A stretch of 64,000 nt of DNA from Gracilinanus agilis. Its lineage: Eukaryota. The stretch's first letter is position 1; every line of letters begins with the position of its first letter. Below, in pieces: positions 1-18,351 of this stretch. A model generated the notes under the pieces. The model did no database searches. It was not told where the DNA came from and was given only the letters and a program-made list of their open reading frames with translations. Made by a program: the position numbers and the translations under genes. Location of the stretch: NCBI RefSeq assembly GCF_016433145.1, contig NC_058133.1, positions 277,744,641 to 277,808,640 of the forward strand. Reading direction: 5' to 3'.

Positions 1-1083
1 CCCCCCCCCCCAGTCTGACAACCTTATTAGGGGAAGCCCTCTGGGGAACAAGCCCAGAATTCTCAACACCTACTTGCACACTAATCTCCTTATCCTGCCT
101 TCTTTCTTAAGCATTGAGACCTTAGAAGGGGGTCCCAGGCTCTAAATCTAGTCATCTGGCCTTGAATCCTATCCTTATTTCTTGGGTTTAATCCCCTTTC
201 TCTAATCCCATGCATATTACCCATACCCTTTGGAACAGTGGAAATTCTATGTCCTGTGTAATGCTTGAGGGTTAATCTCAAAGGGTAGGTTTTGGAGGGA
301 CTTGGAGCTCTTGGTGAGGCATTACTGAGCCTAGTCAGGGCCTAGGCACATGGTGGGGCTCCGGCCAGGAGCAAGTAGGATCTCTCAATCCTCAAATTTC
401 TTTCTAGCACCTGATCTAGAACTCTCCTTTGTACTGATCACAGTTTTACTACCTTTTCCATTATTCTTGTAGCTATTTGGGTATATTTTGCTGTTTGCTC
501 CCACTCACCTGGTGTCTCTCGAGGGCTGGGCAGTATTGCTTTTATCTATTATGACCCTAAGAATCTAGCATGGTGCTATGCATCTAGCACGCACTTAATG
601 GAAGTTTGCTGAATCTGGAAGTTGGAAGGGGTGAGTCAGGATGCCCAATCCCTACCCCTAACCAAGCATACTTAATTTTATACCCCAGTCTATCCTTCTT
701 CTCCAGGGCCCCAGGCTGAAGAAGGAATGTTCAGCCTGAAAATTCCCATCTCAAAGAAAGAGGATGGGGTGAGAGCTCTTCCTCCGCCCCAGATATCTTC
801 CCCTTCCCCCACAGCCAACCAGTTCTCCTTCCTGTCCATTCATTCCCACCAGACCATCCCACATACAAAGCTTCTAAGCCCATACAGCACCTGGACTTGA
901 CAGAAAAGGGTTTGGGGGTGGGAGGGAGAGTGCAGAAGACTGATCTCATCCCTGACTTCCCCTTTCTCAACCTAGGAAGAGCTGGCGGTAATAAGGCTAG
1001 ACCTTGCCCTCACTCTATCTGATTGTGTCCCCCTGCTCCCTTACACACACACTTCAGCCTTGATCTTTGCCCTGCAGAGGCCT

Positions 1084-1309
1084 GATCCCCTCTCAATCTT
1101 CCTAGGCCCAGCTCCCCCCCCCATCCTCGAGTCCCCCCCCCCAGTACAGGGGGCTCCTGCTTCTATAATCTTTCTTTCCTGTCCCCTCATTCCAATCCTG
1201 GGAAGCTTTACTTTCTGGGACTGGGGTGTCTAGAGTTGGGGGAAGGGAATAATTAATTCTGGCTATGAACGGAGACTCCTCCCTCTTACCCCCTCCCCAG
1301 CCCAGAAAG
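1084..1309 (+). repeat. Direct repeat copy 1 (about 225 bp) in NFKBIE intron 1
   Basis: gatcccctctcaatcttcctagg...cccagaaag is repeated at 1561-1780 with only a few substitutions and poly-C length differences. Confidence 0.95.
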
Positions 1310-1560
1310 AACCAGGTAAACTGGTTTATTCTTATTCTTAAATGGTAGGGCACTATCATCAGCAAAGTTATTCACGAGGCGCTGTCAGAGAAATTGCTCA
1401 TCAGTCTGGAAGCAGACGTTGGTGGGCCAGCTCAGCCTGATTTGCCCCACTCAATCCAGGGACACCCGTAGAATGACCGAGGCAGGTTCTAAGACCTGGG
1501 TTGGAAGTAGAGAGCTCAGTAGGGCCCCGAGCTTAAGGCTAGAGGCAATGGCTATACCCC

Positions 1561-1780
1561 GATCCCCTCTCAATCTTCCTAGGCCCAGCCCCCCCCATCC
1601 TCGAGTCCCCCCCCAGAACAGGGGGCTCCTGCTTCTATAATCTTTCTTTCCTATCCCCTCATTCCAATCCTGGGAAGCTTTACTTCCTGGGACTGGGGTG
1701 TCTAGAGTTGGGGGAAGGGAATAATTAATTCTGGCTATTAACGGAGACTCCTCCCTCTTACCCCCTCCCAGCCCAGAAAG
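1561..1780 (+). repeat. Direct repeat copy 2 (about 220 bp) in NFKBIE intron 1
   Basis: Near-identical to 1084-1309. Confidence 0.95.
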
Positions 1781-1849
1781 CCTTGGGGATAGTCAACCCC
1801 CCCCCCCCTTTCGGAGAGGCTCTTTGGAGCACCAGGTTATCCCGTTAGG

Positions 1850-2900
1850 AGACGACTTCACTCAGGAGCCTCCTGGTGTTCCGGCAAAGGGGGCAGGGAG
1901 CCCGGGCCATCAGGCTCGTAGACTCACGTGTCTCCATCCTCGGAGATGTAGGTAAGCGCCTCCAGCTGCTGCTGCCCAAGCGCTCCCACCCGGGCTTCGG
2001 GCACGCGGGGTTCCCCACCCTCGACGGCCTCGGGGCCCCCCAGCGGGGGCAGAGGCTCGGTGAGCGAAGACGAGCCGTAGGCGGAGTCCATCCGCTCCCC
2101 ATCTTCCTCCTTCGGGTCCTCCTTGGTCCCGGGGGGAGCCCGAGTCCCAGTCCTAGGCAGGGGGCCGCCGTCTGAAGGCCCCGAGGGCAGGGCCGGCTCG
2201 GGCAGGGAGCGCAGCGAGCGCCAGGACTCTATACCCGAGTCGTACTGGCCCTCGTCCGGCTCATCCGGCCCCTTCCCAGGCTCCGACATAGCCCGCGCCC
2301 CTGCGCCCTACTGTGCTCCCTCTCCAAACGCAGCGAGGCGTTCCCCGGGCTCGCTCGGACGCCGCTGGGCTTGGGCTCTCTGGGGCGCAGGGCCCGGATG
2401 CTTCCAGAGGCCTCCTTCTCAGCTTGCGGGCTCTGCAAAGGAAGTCTACAATGCCGCAGGATTGAGCCTGTTTCCGCGGTCGCGGAGGCTTCCCGAAGGT
2501 CGAGGGATGCTGGCCTCCAGGCTGGATGCACGGAGCACGAACTAGGAGAGCCGGATGGCGACGGCGAAGGCTCCGAGGCTGGGGATACCTTCGTTTTCCC
2601 TTTCCTGCTTCTCAGACAGCCGGCTCCGGCCCCAGCTCCGCCCCCAATAGACTCATTGCCAATACCCGGGACCTGAGAATGCGGCCCGGGACGCCCCGCC
2701 CCAACAACGCCCCGCCCCAGGTACGCCCCACCCCGTAGCCCGCCCCGTTCCACCCCGACTCCGCCCTTGGGACCCTCGGCGCCCAGAAACACCCTGCAGA
2801 AGAATGGCACGACTCCTGGGAACACCCTGGGTACACCTAGGCTCCTAGGAACACCCTGTCCCAAGCAACGCAGCATAAGATCATAAATATTTATCGAGCA
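1850..2900. promoter_or_regulatory. CpG island and GC-box promoter of NFKBIE
   Basis: CpG-dense. Multiple CCGCCC/CCGCCCC GC boxes at about 2690-2770 and CCAAT at 2644-2648 and 2659-2663, upstream of exon 1 on the minus strand. Boundaries approximate. Confidence 0.75.
1928..2289 (-). CDS. NFKBIE: NF-kappa-B inhibitor epsilon (IkB-epsilon), coding exon 1; the remaining exons lie left of the window
   Basis: Translation MSEPGKGPDEPDEGQYDSGIESWRSLRSL...QQLEALTYISEDGDT matches the recalled IkBe N-terminus, with the DSGxxS phosphodegron and a second DSAYGS. ATG at 2289-2287; phase-2 donor AC|GTGAGT with GT at 1927-1926. Confidence 0.95.
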
Positions 2901-4269
2901 ACTCCCCTCTGGGCTGCGAGAGCTAGAGTGTAGAGGAGATGGGGTCCCTTCTCCTGGAGCTCGCGCAAGCTCACTGGGGGGAAGAGATCTTGTCATTCTT
3001 TGTACTTGTGTCCCCAGCGCTTAGCCCAGTGCCCGGCCCAGAACACATAGCTTATTAAATATTCGTTGAGAGGTGATGGAGAGGTGGATAAAGACATCAA
3101 CACAAATAGTAAGGGCTGAGGTAATTCAATAAATCTATCCCCGTTCCCTAACGAGAGGAGAACAAGCTCCCATCAGCACAGTCCATCAAACCAGGTGGAA
3201 ATGATCTAGACTCCCCTGAAGCCGGGAAGGTCACGCCCTTCCCGGGAATGACTCCTCTCTCCCATCTCCCCAAACAGGCCCTTCACCCGAGGGGAAAGGC
3301 ACCCTAATCTTCCCTATCTCCGCTCCTGCTTCCCTCCTCTGAAGGCTTTATCATACCCTCCCGAGGCACCCTGGACAGAGCCAATTTAAGGGCATTTGCT
3401 CTGGGTCTGCAGCTTGGAGGGGCAATAATCTTCATTTCATGTTGAAGGTTGTATTGCAAGTAATCAATCGTCTCTGGAGAACATCACCGGTGATTGTGTA
3501 GTACTTAACTTGTTTTGATCCACTCCAGAACCTGGGTCTCAGTCTTTTTATTCATTCACTGGACAAATTTCATTAAATATCTGTGTGCAGAGCTCTGTGC
3601 TCAGAGATGCAGGAGACACAAAGATTAGATAAGACGAGTCCCTGACCTCTCAGACTACATTGATTTACTTCCGGTAAAAGTCCTACCTGCAAGAAGCAAA
3701 CAAAGCTCTTTCCCCTCCTCAATCCAGAGTGAGAGCTTAAGAAAGGTTCTCCTTAGTTTTTCCTTTGTCACCCCCTTTTCCTATCTCTGTTGTCCCTTCT
3801 CTAGTCTGTTACTTTTGAGGCTTGGGGACTCGAGTCTAGCGGGAGGTGGGGGGAAACTTGTGCTTTAGACAACAGTTCTCAAAATAGTGTCCCTAAGGGG
3901 ATGCCCCCATCGTACTCCCTTGGGACTTCTTCCCCCAGTATCACGAGGGCATATCTGCCTGCATTTTCCTAACGTGCATTTTTTCCTGGTCGACATGTCT
4001 TTACATAAATAAGCATAAAAACGAACCGTTTAGAAACTGTGATACACTTGAATGAAGATATGTGAGAAGAAAACCCCAACATACTCCTCTATGGAGGTGG
4101 GAAATCTACAGATGTTACTTTTTTGCATTGCACATATTTTTGGACCTTCTCGATGTATCTATCTATCTGTTATGTCGACTTTTTTCTTCTCAAAAATGAA
4201 CAAACATACAAAAAAACCCAACACAATTTGTCATATGGGATACTATGGCAATGTAAGAAATATAAAAAA

Positions 4270-4460
4270 ATATTTTTATTTTTATTTTATTTTTTTTTTA
4301 AGATTTGAATTTTTTTTTAAGAAAAATTTCCATGGTTACATGATTCTTGTTTTTACTTTCCCCTTCACCTCACCTTATCCAACGCATATTTCCACTGGTT
4401 TTAACATGTGTGATCAATATTTACATATTGATAGTTGTATTGGTGTGGTCGTTTCAAAAA
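4270..4460 (-). mobile_element. L1 3' UTR fragment (marsupial L1)
   Basis: Poly-T tract followed by tttccatggttacatgattc...tttccactggttttaacatgtg, typical of an antisense opossum L1 3' end (recalled). Boundaries approximate. Confidence 0.6.
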
Positions 4461-4919
4461 TTATTTTTAAAAAACTATAATACTTATATCCCCAGAGGAA
4501 GAGACCTCCTTAAGATGCTTTTAAATAAATTCTCAGAGAGATGCTCCTAAAGAAACTTAGGCTCTGAGATAGGGTTCTATTAGGTTAAGAAATCAGGGTA
4601 ATGTCTAAGAAGGGGGTACTGCTTCCTCCTCATTGTGAATCCAGGAGATCCCCTTCTGGCTCCTATGAGAAGGCTGTGAGAAGGCTGAACCAGAAGAAAA
4701 CAACTGAGGAAGGCTAGTGGGCCATATTTTCTCCCTCCAAGGCAGACACATCCTGTAGTAGGATTTTCCCTCCCAGGGCCTACTTGTCTCTGAAAAGCCC
4801 CTTTCCTCAGCTACCTCCCCCATATTGTTATCCTAGTCCATCTCAGCCTGAGCTCTGTCCTCTGCCCTCTGAAGCCCACTATTATATTTCCAACTTTTCA
4901 TTTCATCCTAGATATTTTC

Positions 4920-5570
4920 TTTCTTTTTAAAAAATATTTCTCCCATCTTCTGACGTTCACTAAAACCAAGCTTCCTCATGTAGCAAATTTATCTTTTGGT
5001 ATCTTTTATTTTTTCCCAGATTACATGTCAATATAATTTTTAATATTCATTTTCTGACATTTTGCAATCTATGTTCTTTCCCTACCTCCCACTCCTTCCC
5101 CCTCCCTAAGAAGGCAGGTGATATGATATAGGCTGTACATATATTATTATAGAATACATATTTTCATGGTCATCATACTGTGAAACAAGACACATAATGC
5201 TTACACTGATACCCTTTATTTTGATACCATCTTCATTTCTGAACAAATATCTCCTCCCCTCCTTCCCTAGGTGGTCATTCCTTGTAATAAAGATTTTTAA
5301 AACCCTAAAAGTTCATCAAACAAACACATTGGTCTTATCTGATAGAGTTTGCAATATTTTACCCAATATCCCCTCACTTCGAATAGAAAGGAGGAAGGTC
5401 CTGTCTTTTTTCCTAGAGATAGCTCAATTCTTGGTGTCCTCTCCTTTGCTGACTGCTTCTAGTCTCACATACTTTGACATGTGGGAACAATGGGGAAGTT
5501 TGGCATACTCCTTTCTTTCTGTTGCCATTTTCAGACTGTGCCTCTCTCTATCAGCAACCACCTTTAAAGT
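4920..5570 (-). mobile_element. Older L1 3' end fragment
   Basis: ttttcccagattacatgt...aatataatttttaatattcatttt motif typical of an antisense marsupial L1 3' end. Boundaries approximate. Confidence 0.5.
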
Positions 5571-5589
5571 TCATTTCACTTAAGCCACT

Positions 5590-5752
5590 GCGATATAGAG
5601 AGCCAGGCCTAGAGATGGGAGGTCCAACGTTCAAATCTGACCTTAGCTTGGGCAAATCACTTAACCCCTGTTGCCTAGCCCTTATTGCTCTTCTACCCTA
5701 GTATCAATACACAGTATTGATTCTAAGATAGAAGGTGAAGGTTTTAAAAAAA
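5590..5752 (+). mobile_element. SINE1_Mdo-like SINE
   Basis: gagagccaggcctagagatgggagg...gttcaaatc (B box)...gattctaagatagaagg followed by an A tail. Confidence 0.75.
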
Positions 5753-6134
5753 ATCATTTCATCCAGCTAGATTCTTGTTGGAGTCATCTACAGACTATCA
5801 TGTCACTTTCTTCCTCCTCAAGAAGTTCAGTACCAGGTTTATAGACTTTCCCCCCACCTTCACCCCATCCTCTTCAAATACTCTGACCTCACATCCTTAA
5901 CCTCCTTCACTTCTGCAGCCTTTTTCTCCGGATTACTTCAACTATTCTCAGGAGCAGGTTTCCTCAGACCCTTCTCCAAAATGAATTTGTCCCAGAAGCC
6001 AGAATTTTTCCACTGTCCCTTTACAGAACTCTCCAGAGTAAAGGACAAGATGAGCCAATGTCTCCCTGAATTTAACACCTTTTTCCAATGCTTAGCCCCT
6101 TTCTCCAGGACTGAGCTTCCATTCTCCATTCTCA

Positions 6135-6370
6135 GTTGTTGTTATTCAGTCATGTCCAGCTCTTCCTGACCCCTTTTGGCGTCTTCTTGGCAAAAATACT
6201 GGAGTCGTTTGCCATTTGCTTCTCCAGCTCATTTTACAGAGGAGGAAACTGAGGCAAATAGGGTTAAGTGACTTGCCCAGGGTCATACAGCTTAGTGTCT
6301 ATGGTGGATTTAAACTCAGGTCTTGACTCTAGGCTAAGCACTCTGTCCATGGAGTCACCCAGCTGCCCCT
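6135..6370 (-). mobile_element. MAR1-like (MIR/CORE-RTE) SINE
   Basis: ttcagtcatgtcc...ttggcaaaaatactggagt...gccatt...ctccagctcattttacagaggaggaaactgaggc CORE domain. Confidence 0.7.
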
Positions 6371-7349
6371 CCATTCCCAATACTTCTCTTCCATCCTTAT
6401 CACTTAGCTCCAATCCCTTAGATTTAGTATCATCCCCCAAACTCTAGCTTTTAACCTCATCTCAGCACTTCGTCCCTATTGCCCCAGCATTTATGTCATG
6501 CCTTTAGACTTTGGTTCTGTTCCAGCATTTAGCACCCCACTCCTCAGCACTCAACCTCCTTTCCTCATCCCTTAAGCAAAGGAAAGTTTAGATTGTTTCT
6601 ACTAGAGCTATGATGTTTCTCTAGTACTAGAAATCAGCTTCTTCCCTTTCCTCTTCCTCATCCCTGGGAATCATCCCCTATCATGCCAACTCCTGACCCA
6701 GCTCCTTTTGCATCCACAATGAAAGGAAAACAACCAAATGTTTACTAAGCACCTATGCTAGCTGATGGAGATGCTAAGTTAGCAGTCATTGCCCTCAACA
6801 CTCACATTCTCCTGGGGAAGATGGCATATATAAATCATATCATATATCTACAAAATTAAAAGCATTTTTTAATTTTTCATTTTATCTTTATTTTATTCCA
6901 ATAACAAATTTACACATAAGTTTCCCAAAGTTACATGATTCATGCTTTATCTTCCCTCTTCTGTCCCCACTTCCATAGGTTGACAAGCAATTCCACTGAG
7001 TTTAAAAGCATTTTTGTGGGGAGAACCCTAGTTGTTTTCACCTTACTCTTGCAGTGTGATTCCTCCCCCAATTGGGGATAAGAGGAAGGGATGAATTATG
7101 CAAGATATAGAGGGGATTCCCATGGGTGAATAATATTGGTGAACCAAGGCTGCAGTTTGAAGTGTTGAGATGAGACCCCATCATGAGCTGTTTCTTCATT
7201 AAACCAAAGGAAGCTGTTGATGAATGGAGGTCTGGCTCCCTTCAACCCTTTCCTGATGCCATATTCCATGAAGGTTGGGAGAATGGACCCAATCCCCTGG
7301 GACTAGGAGGGGGAGACAATGAAAGATGACTTTGTATAAATGTGCATCT

Positions 7350-8210
7350 TTTATTTATTTATTTCTAATTGTTTCCCCTCATTATGTGTTGATATAATTT
7401 TCAATATTTATTTTTTGACATTTGGCAATTCAGGTTCTCTCCCTCTCTCATGATTTTCTCCTCCCCAAGATGGCAGGTAATATGATATAGCTTGTACATA
7501 CATTATCACATAGTACATATTTCAATGTTTGTCATGTTGTGAAAGAAAAAACATGTTGCCTACACTAGAGAAAAATTCATGGAGAAAATAAAGTAAAAAG
7601 TGATGTTTTAATCTGCATTTGGACTTTGTTCCTTTTGTGGTGGTGGATTTCCTTTTTTCTTCATGAGTCCCTTGGAATTGTCCTGGATCATTGCCTTGTT
7701 GATCATAGTTGTCATTCACAATTAATCATCATACATTATTGTTATTACTGTGTACAATGTTCTTCTGGTCCTACTTACTTCACTTTGCATCATTTCATAT
7801 AAAATTTTCCAGATTTTTTTGTGATTACCTTGTTATTTCTTCATTTCTTAGGACATAATAGTATTCTATTACAAGTGTATACCAGAGTTTGTTCAGCTCT
7901 TCCCCAATTGATGGATATCCCTTCAGTTTCCAATTCTTTGCCGCCACAAAAAGAGCTGCTATAAATATTTTTGTACACGTAGGTTTTTTCCCCTATCTTT
8001 AATCTTTTTGAGATACAGATCTAATAGTAGTATTGCTGAACCAAAGGGTAGAAACAGTTTTATGATCCTTTGGGCAAAGTTCCAGACTCATCTCCAGAAT
8101 GTTTTGATATATTCACAGCTCCACCAACAGTGTATTAGTTGCAATTGTTCTTTATCCCTCCAACATTTATTTTCCTTTTTTTCATTGTTAGTAAATATAC
8201 ATCTTTTTAA
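7350..8210 (-). mobile_element. Degraded L1 (ORF2 C-terminus plus 3' UTR), antisense
   Basis: Antisense L1 ORF2-end motifs such as ccccaattgatgga...tttccaattctttgcc...aaaaagagctgctataaatatttt. Boundaries approximate. Confidence 0.65.
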
Positions 8211-8603
8211 TTCCAGAAAATTCTGCTCTCCCTGTTGAAGAAGTATTTGTTTTGTAATAAATCAAGTTACATGTCAGAGTAAAGGCCCAAATCCTATGGT
8301 GGATAGCAACACATAGGGAATACAATTTTTAAATCTTGCTTACAAGTGTACAAATGTATTGTCCCAGTTTCATCTTTGTTGTTATTAATAGTTTTCATTT
8401 CTATACCATTTTATTATTTGCTAAGCGCTTTTATTATTTCATGATGGGATGTTTTTGCTACATGACCTATAAGTTTTAAATCAATGATCTCATTTGATGC
8501 TCCTAACAATTTTATGAAGTAAATAGTGCAAATATTTACTGGTGGGGAAGGTTCTAGACCAGTGATTTCACCATTGTGGGGAACTCGAGATTTGGGAGCT
8601 CTA

Positions 8604-9281
8604 AGCTAAAAGACTGCCTGCCCTTTGATCCAGCCACACCACTGCTGGGTTCCCAAAGAGAACATAAGGAAAAAGACTTGTACAAAAATATTTATAGCTG
8701 CACTCTTTATAGTGGAAAAAAAACTAGAAAATGAGGGGATGTCCTTCAATTGGGAAATGGCTGAACAAATTGTGGTATCTGTTGGTGATGGAATACTATT
8801 GTTCTCAAAGGAATAATGAACTGGAGGAATTCCTTGTGAACTGGAACGACCTCCAGGAATTGATACAGAGTGAAAGGAGCAGAAGCAGGAGAACCATATA
8901 CACAGAGATGGATACACTGGTAAAATGGAACGTAATGGACTTCTCTACTAGCAGCAATGCAATGATCCAGGACAATTCTGAGGGACTTATGAGAAAGAAC
9001 ACTATCCACATCCAGAGGAAGAACTGTGGGAGCAGAAACACAGAAGAAAAACAACTGCTTGAGCACATGGTTCAATGAGGGTATGATTGGGGATGTAGAC
9101 TCTAAACGAGCACCCTAGCACAAATATCAATAATATGGAAATAGGTCTTGATCAATGACACATATAAAACCCAGGGGAATTGTGTATTGGCTATGGGAGG
9201 GGAGGGATAGAACATGAATCCTATAACCATGGAAAAATGTTCTAAATTAATTTAAAAATTTTTAATTAAAAAAAATTAAAA
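8604..9281 (+). mobile_element. 5'-truncated L1_Mdo-like LINE-1 with A-rich tail and TSD
   Basis: Frameshifted ORF2 C-terminal peptides TCTKIFIAALFIV and CPSIGKWLNKLWY...MEYYC. A-rich tail near 9265-9281. TSD atttgggagctcta (8590-8603) / atttgggaactcta (9282-9295). Confidence 0.9.
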
Positions 9282-10189
9282 ATTTGGGAACTCTAGCCTC
9301 TAAAGCAGATAGATATCATCTTCTGATGAGTTCATCTTAGAAAATGTCTAATTCATATTAGTATGCTGAGGAGCAGCTAGATAACACAGTGTCTGAAGTT
9401 GGGAGGACCTGGGTTCAAATCTGGACTCAGATACTTCCTAGCTGTACCCCTGGGCAAGTAAGTCTCTTAACCCCTACTGCCCAGCCCTTATGGCTCTTCT
9501 GCTTTGTAACTAATAGTATCCATTCTAAGACAGAAGGTAAGAGTTTAAGAAATTTCCCTATGTTGAGAGATTAGATGACTTGCACAAGGTCAAATGGCTA
9601 CTATATTTCAGAGGCAGGATTTGAATCCACATCTTCTTTACTCCATAATCTAGCTTTCATTTACTATATCAAGAAACTTGCAAATATCACATAAACAGTG
9701 AATATGGTAAAATTGAAACCCTCCGTAGGCCTCCAATGTCCTTGGCCTCTCAGCGTCTGAGACATAGCAACCCAAGGCTGAAGTATTCCCTTTCTTTCTT
9801 CCTTTCTTCCTTCCTTCCCCTGGAATAGAGGACAAAATCCAGATGTCGAAGCCTCTGGTAGCTTCATCTCTGACCACATGAGGTCAGCATAGAGCCACCC
9901 ACTGTCTTCTCAGCTCTGGTGCCTTGAATCCCTCTAGTCTTTATTAAAGTTGAGGGGGTGTCACCTGAGAATGGAGGAAAGAGGGGACCTTCTTTTCAAG
10001 TCACAGTATTAGGGAGACAAAGTCTGAGGGAGAGCTCTGGTGCCTTCCACCCGAGCCTCATGCCCCAGATATCCAAATTTCCCCAGCCCTTTGTACCCTT
10101 TCCCTCATTTGTTTTCCAGCCCCTTAATCCCCCCCCCCATATACACACCTCCGCCTACCCCATTTAGCTTCTCTAAGAGAAGCACGCTT

Positions 10190-10203
10190 GTTGTCATGAC
10201 AAC
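10190..10203. promoter_or_regulatory. Palindromic RFX X-box-like motif GTTGTCATGACAAC
   Basis: Perfect 14-bp palindrome fitting the X-box pattern, about 1.9 kb upstream of the TMEM151B ATG. Confidence 0.5.
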
Positions 10204-12115
10204 CAGTTGGTCAGCAGGCTCTAGAGGCAGCTCCAAGCAGAACCCCCTACCCCATCCTCCTCTTTCTTGAGGCTGTAGGGCTGGGGGTTGGGAAAGGCAA
10301 AGGAGAGGATACTCTTGTCTTTTAGGCAGGCAGAAGTTAGAGATCAGGTGCCCAGGATGCTTGTCCCCAAGTTCTACCCCAATCCTGGACCCCACTGAAG
10401 TGGAGAAGAGAAGACAATAGGGAAGAAGGCAGGTGGAGCTGTTACTCCTGACAAATATGGAGCTCAAGCCTAGTCTACGGTGAGGCTCAGAAATGCAATC
10501 TTCCTCTCCAGTTAGGCTTGAACAGGCTAGAGTGGACTGAAAGTGGAACAGCAGAAAGTGAGACTGGATGTGAGGAAGGATTTCTTCAGAGGGACTGAGC
10601 TAAGGGATATCTGAACAAGGGACAAGTGTTAATTTCGTCCCTTTCCCTGGTCCACAGTCTTCCCTCTGCTTAGACTGGGCTGGGGCTAGGCTAAGGATGA
10701 GGTGAATTGAACTTGGCAGGGCCAGAACACTAAGGTGGCCTCAGATTCTAAAAGGCAGCTTCAATGAAAACCTTCTCTCTCTCCCAGGAACGGGAAAGGG
10801 CCATCAAATGTTACAGCTGGGAGGGTTCTATAAGACCAACTAGTTCAACCCTCTCATTTTACAGATAAAGAAACTGGGTCCCATAGAAGGGAAGTGACTT
10901 GTCCAAGATCACTCTGATCCTGAATCTGAATTTGCACATCATCCAAGTTTTCTTATTCCAGATGTTGTGCTTTCCACATCACAATACAGCTAGCTCCAAG
11001 GGACTGAGAGAGGAAGATTGGGGAGAAAAGGAAAGTGAAGGAAGACCAGCTTGAATTGTTTGGATACCACCTCCCCTCCCTTGGTACTCTCTACTATGCC
11101 CACAAGGCCAGAAGTATTCCTTCGGATCCAGAATACCTGACAATGTTTAGGATCTCAAGTGACTTTGAGTTGTGTCCCCCTCATTTCACCTGCCTGCACT
11201 CACATTTTGCCTTATGAACCTGCAGAAATGAAGAATAAACAAGAGGTGTGTGTATATATGTTTGGTTGGTCACTCCTACATTAGGATCCAGGGCCAAGGC
11301 CATGTACTCCAGGGTTTCTACTGACGGTGTGACTTTGGCGTCTGTCCCTTGCCTGTGGGGTGCTTGATTTCCTATCCTCCCAGTCTCCTTTCAATTTGCT
11401 TTCCACCCTCCCCTCACTCCTTTTGGCTCTTGGTCTCAATCCATTCGAGTCTTCAAGAACCTTCAGGAATACTGGGGAGGGGGGCGACCTCGTGGAGACC
11501 CAGGCTAGTGGGGAGAAGGGTTGCTGTAAAGGAGAAGGCTCCCTCAGGCTGGGAGAAAGGGACCGGAGAAAGAAGGAATTGTAGGCAAGGTTGCCAGGTA
11601 CAGTGGGGGATGCGAGTATGGGATCCCCCTCTGTCGCATCTCCTCTTTACTAGGGGTAATTGTTAGGTGGGACTTTGGGGGAGGCGGAGTTGGGGGGGCT
11701 GGAGGCGGGGCTCAGTTGCGCTGGGAGGAGGAGGGGGGGCGCACTGGCTCGGGCTCCGGGCTCAGACAAAAGGCGGCGGCGGGAGCGGGAGGGAGGCGGA
11801 GCGGCGCCGGGAGGGCCTCAAGGTGACACTTGCCCCCGGTCCTGGCCCCTCTGCCTCGGTCCGGCCCCCCCCACCCCAGCCCTCACTTTCCGTCCCACCC
11901 TACATTCCCCCGGTGCCTTTCCCTCCCCAACCCGGCCTCTCCAACCCCAGAGCTCTCCACCGGCTCCCTCTCCACCCCCCGCGGGGGGGTGGGGAGCAGC
12001 CAGGGCCCCGCCCCCTCCCGCCCCTTTCCCCCCCACCTCCAGGCCAGCACAGGATGCCCCCGGCCCCCGGTGGCCCCCAGGGAGGCTCTGAGCTCCGCGC
12101 CCCCCACCCTGCGCC

Positions 12116-18351
<6,236 letters not shown>

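Noticed and set aside
2229-2996. 255-aa minus-strand ORF overlapping the NFKBIE start out of frame
   Set aside because: It starts upstream of the GC-box/CCAAT promoter, has no ATG within the probable 5' UTR, and has no recognisable homology. Long ORFs are expected in CpG islands.
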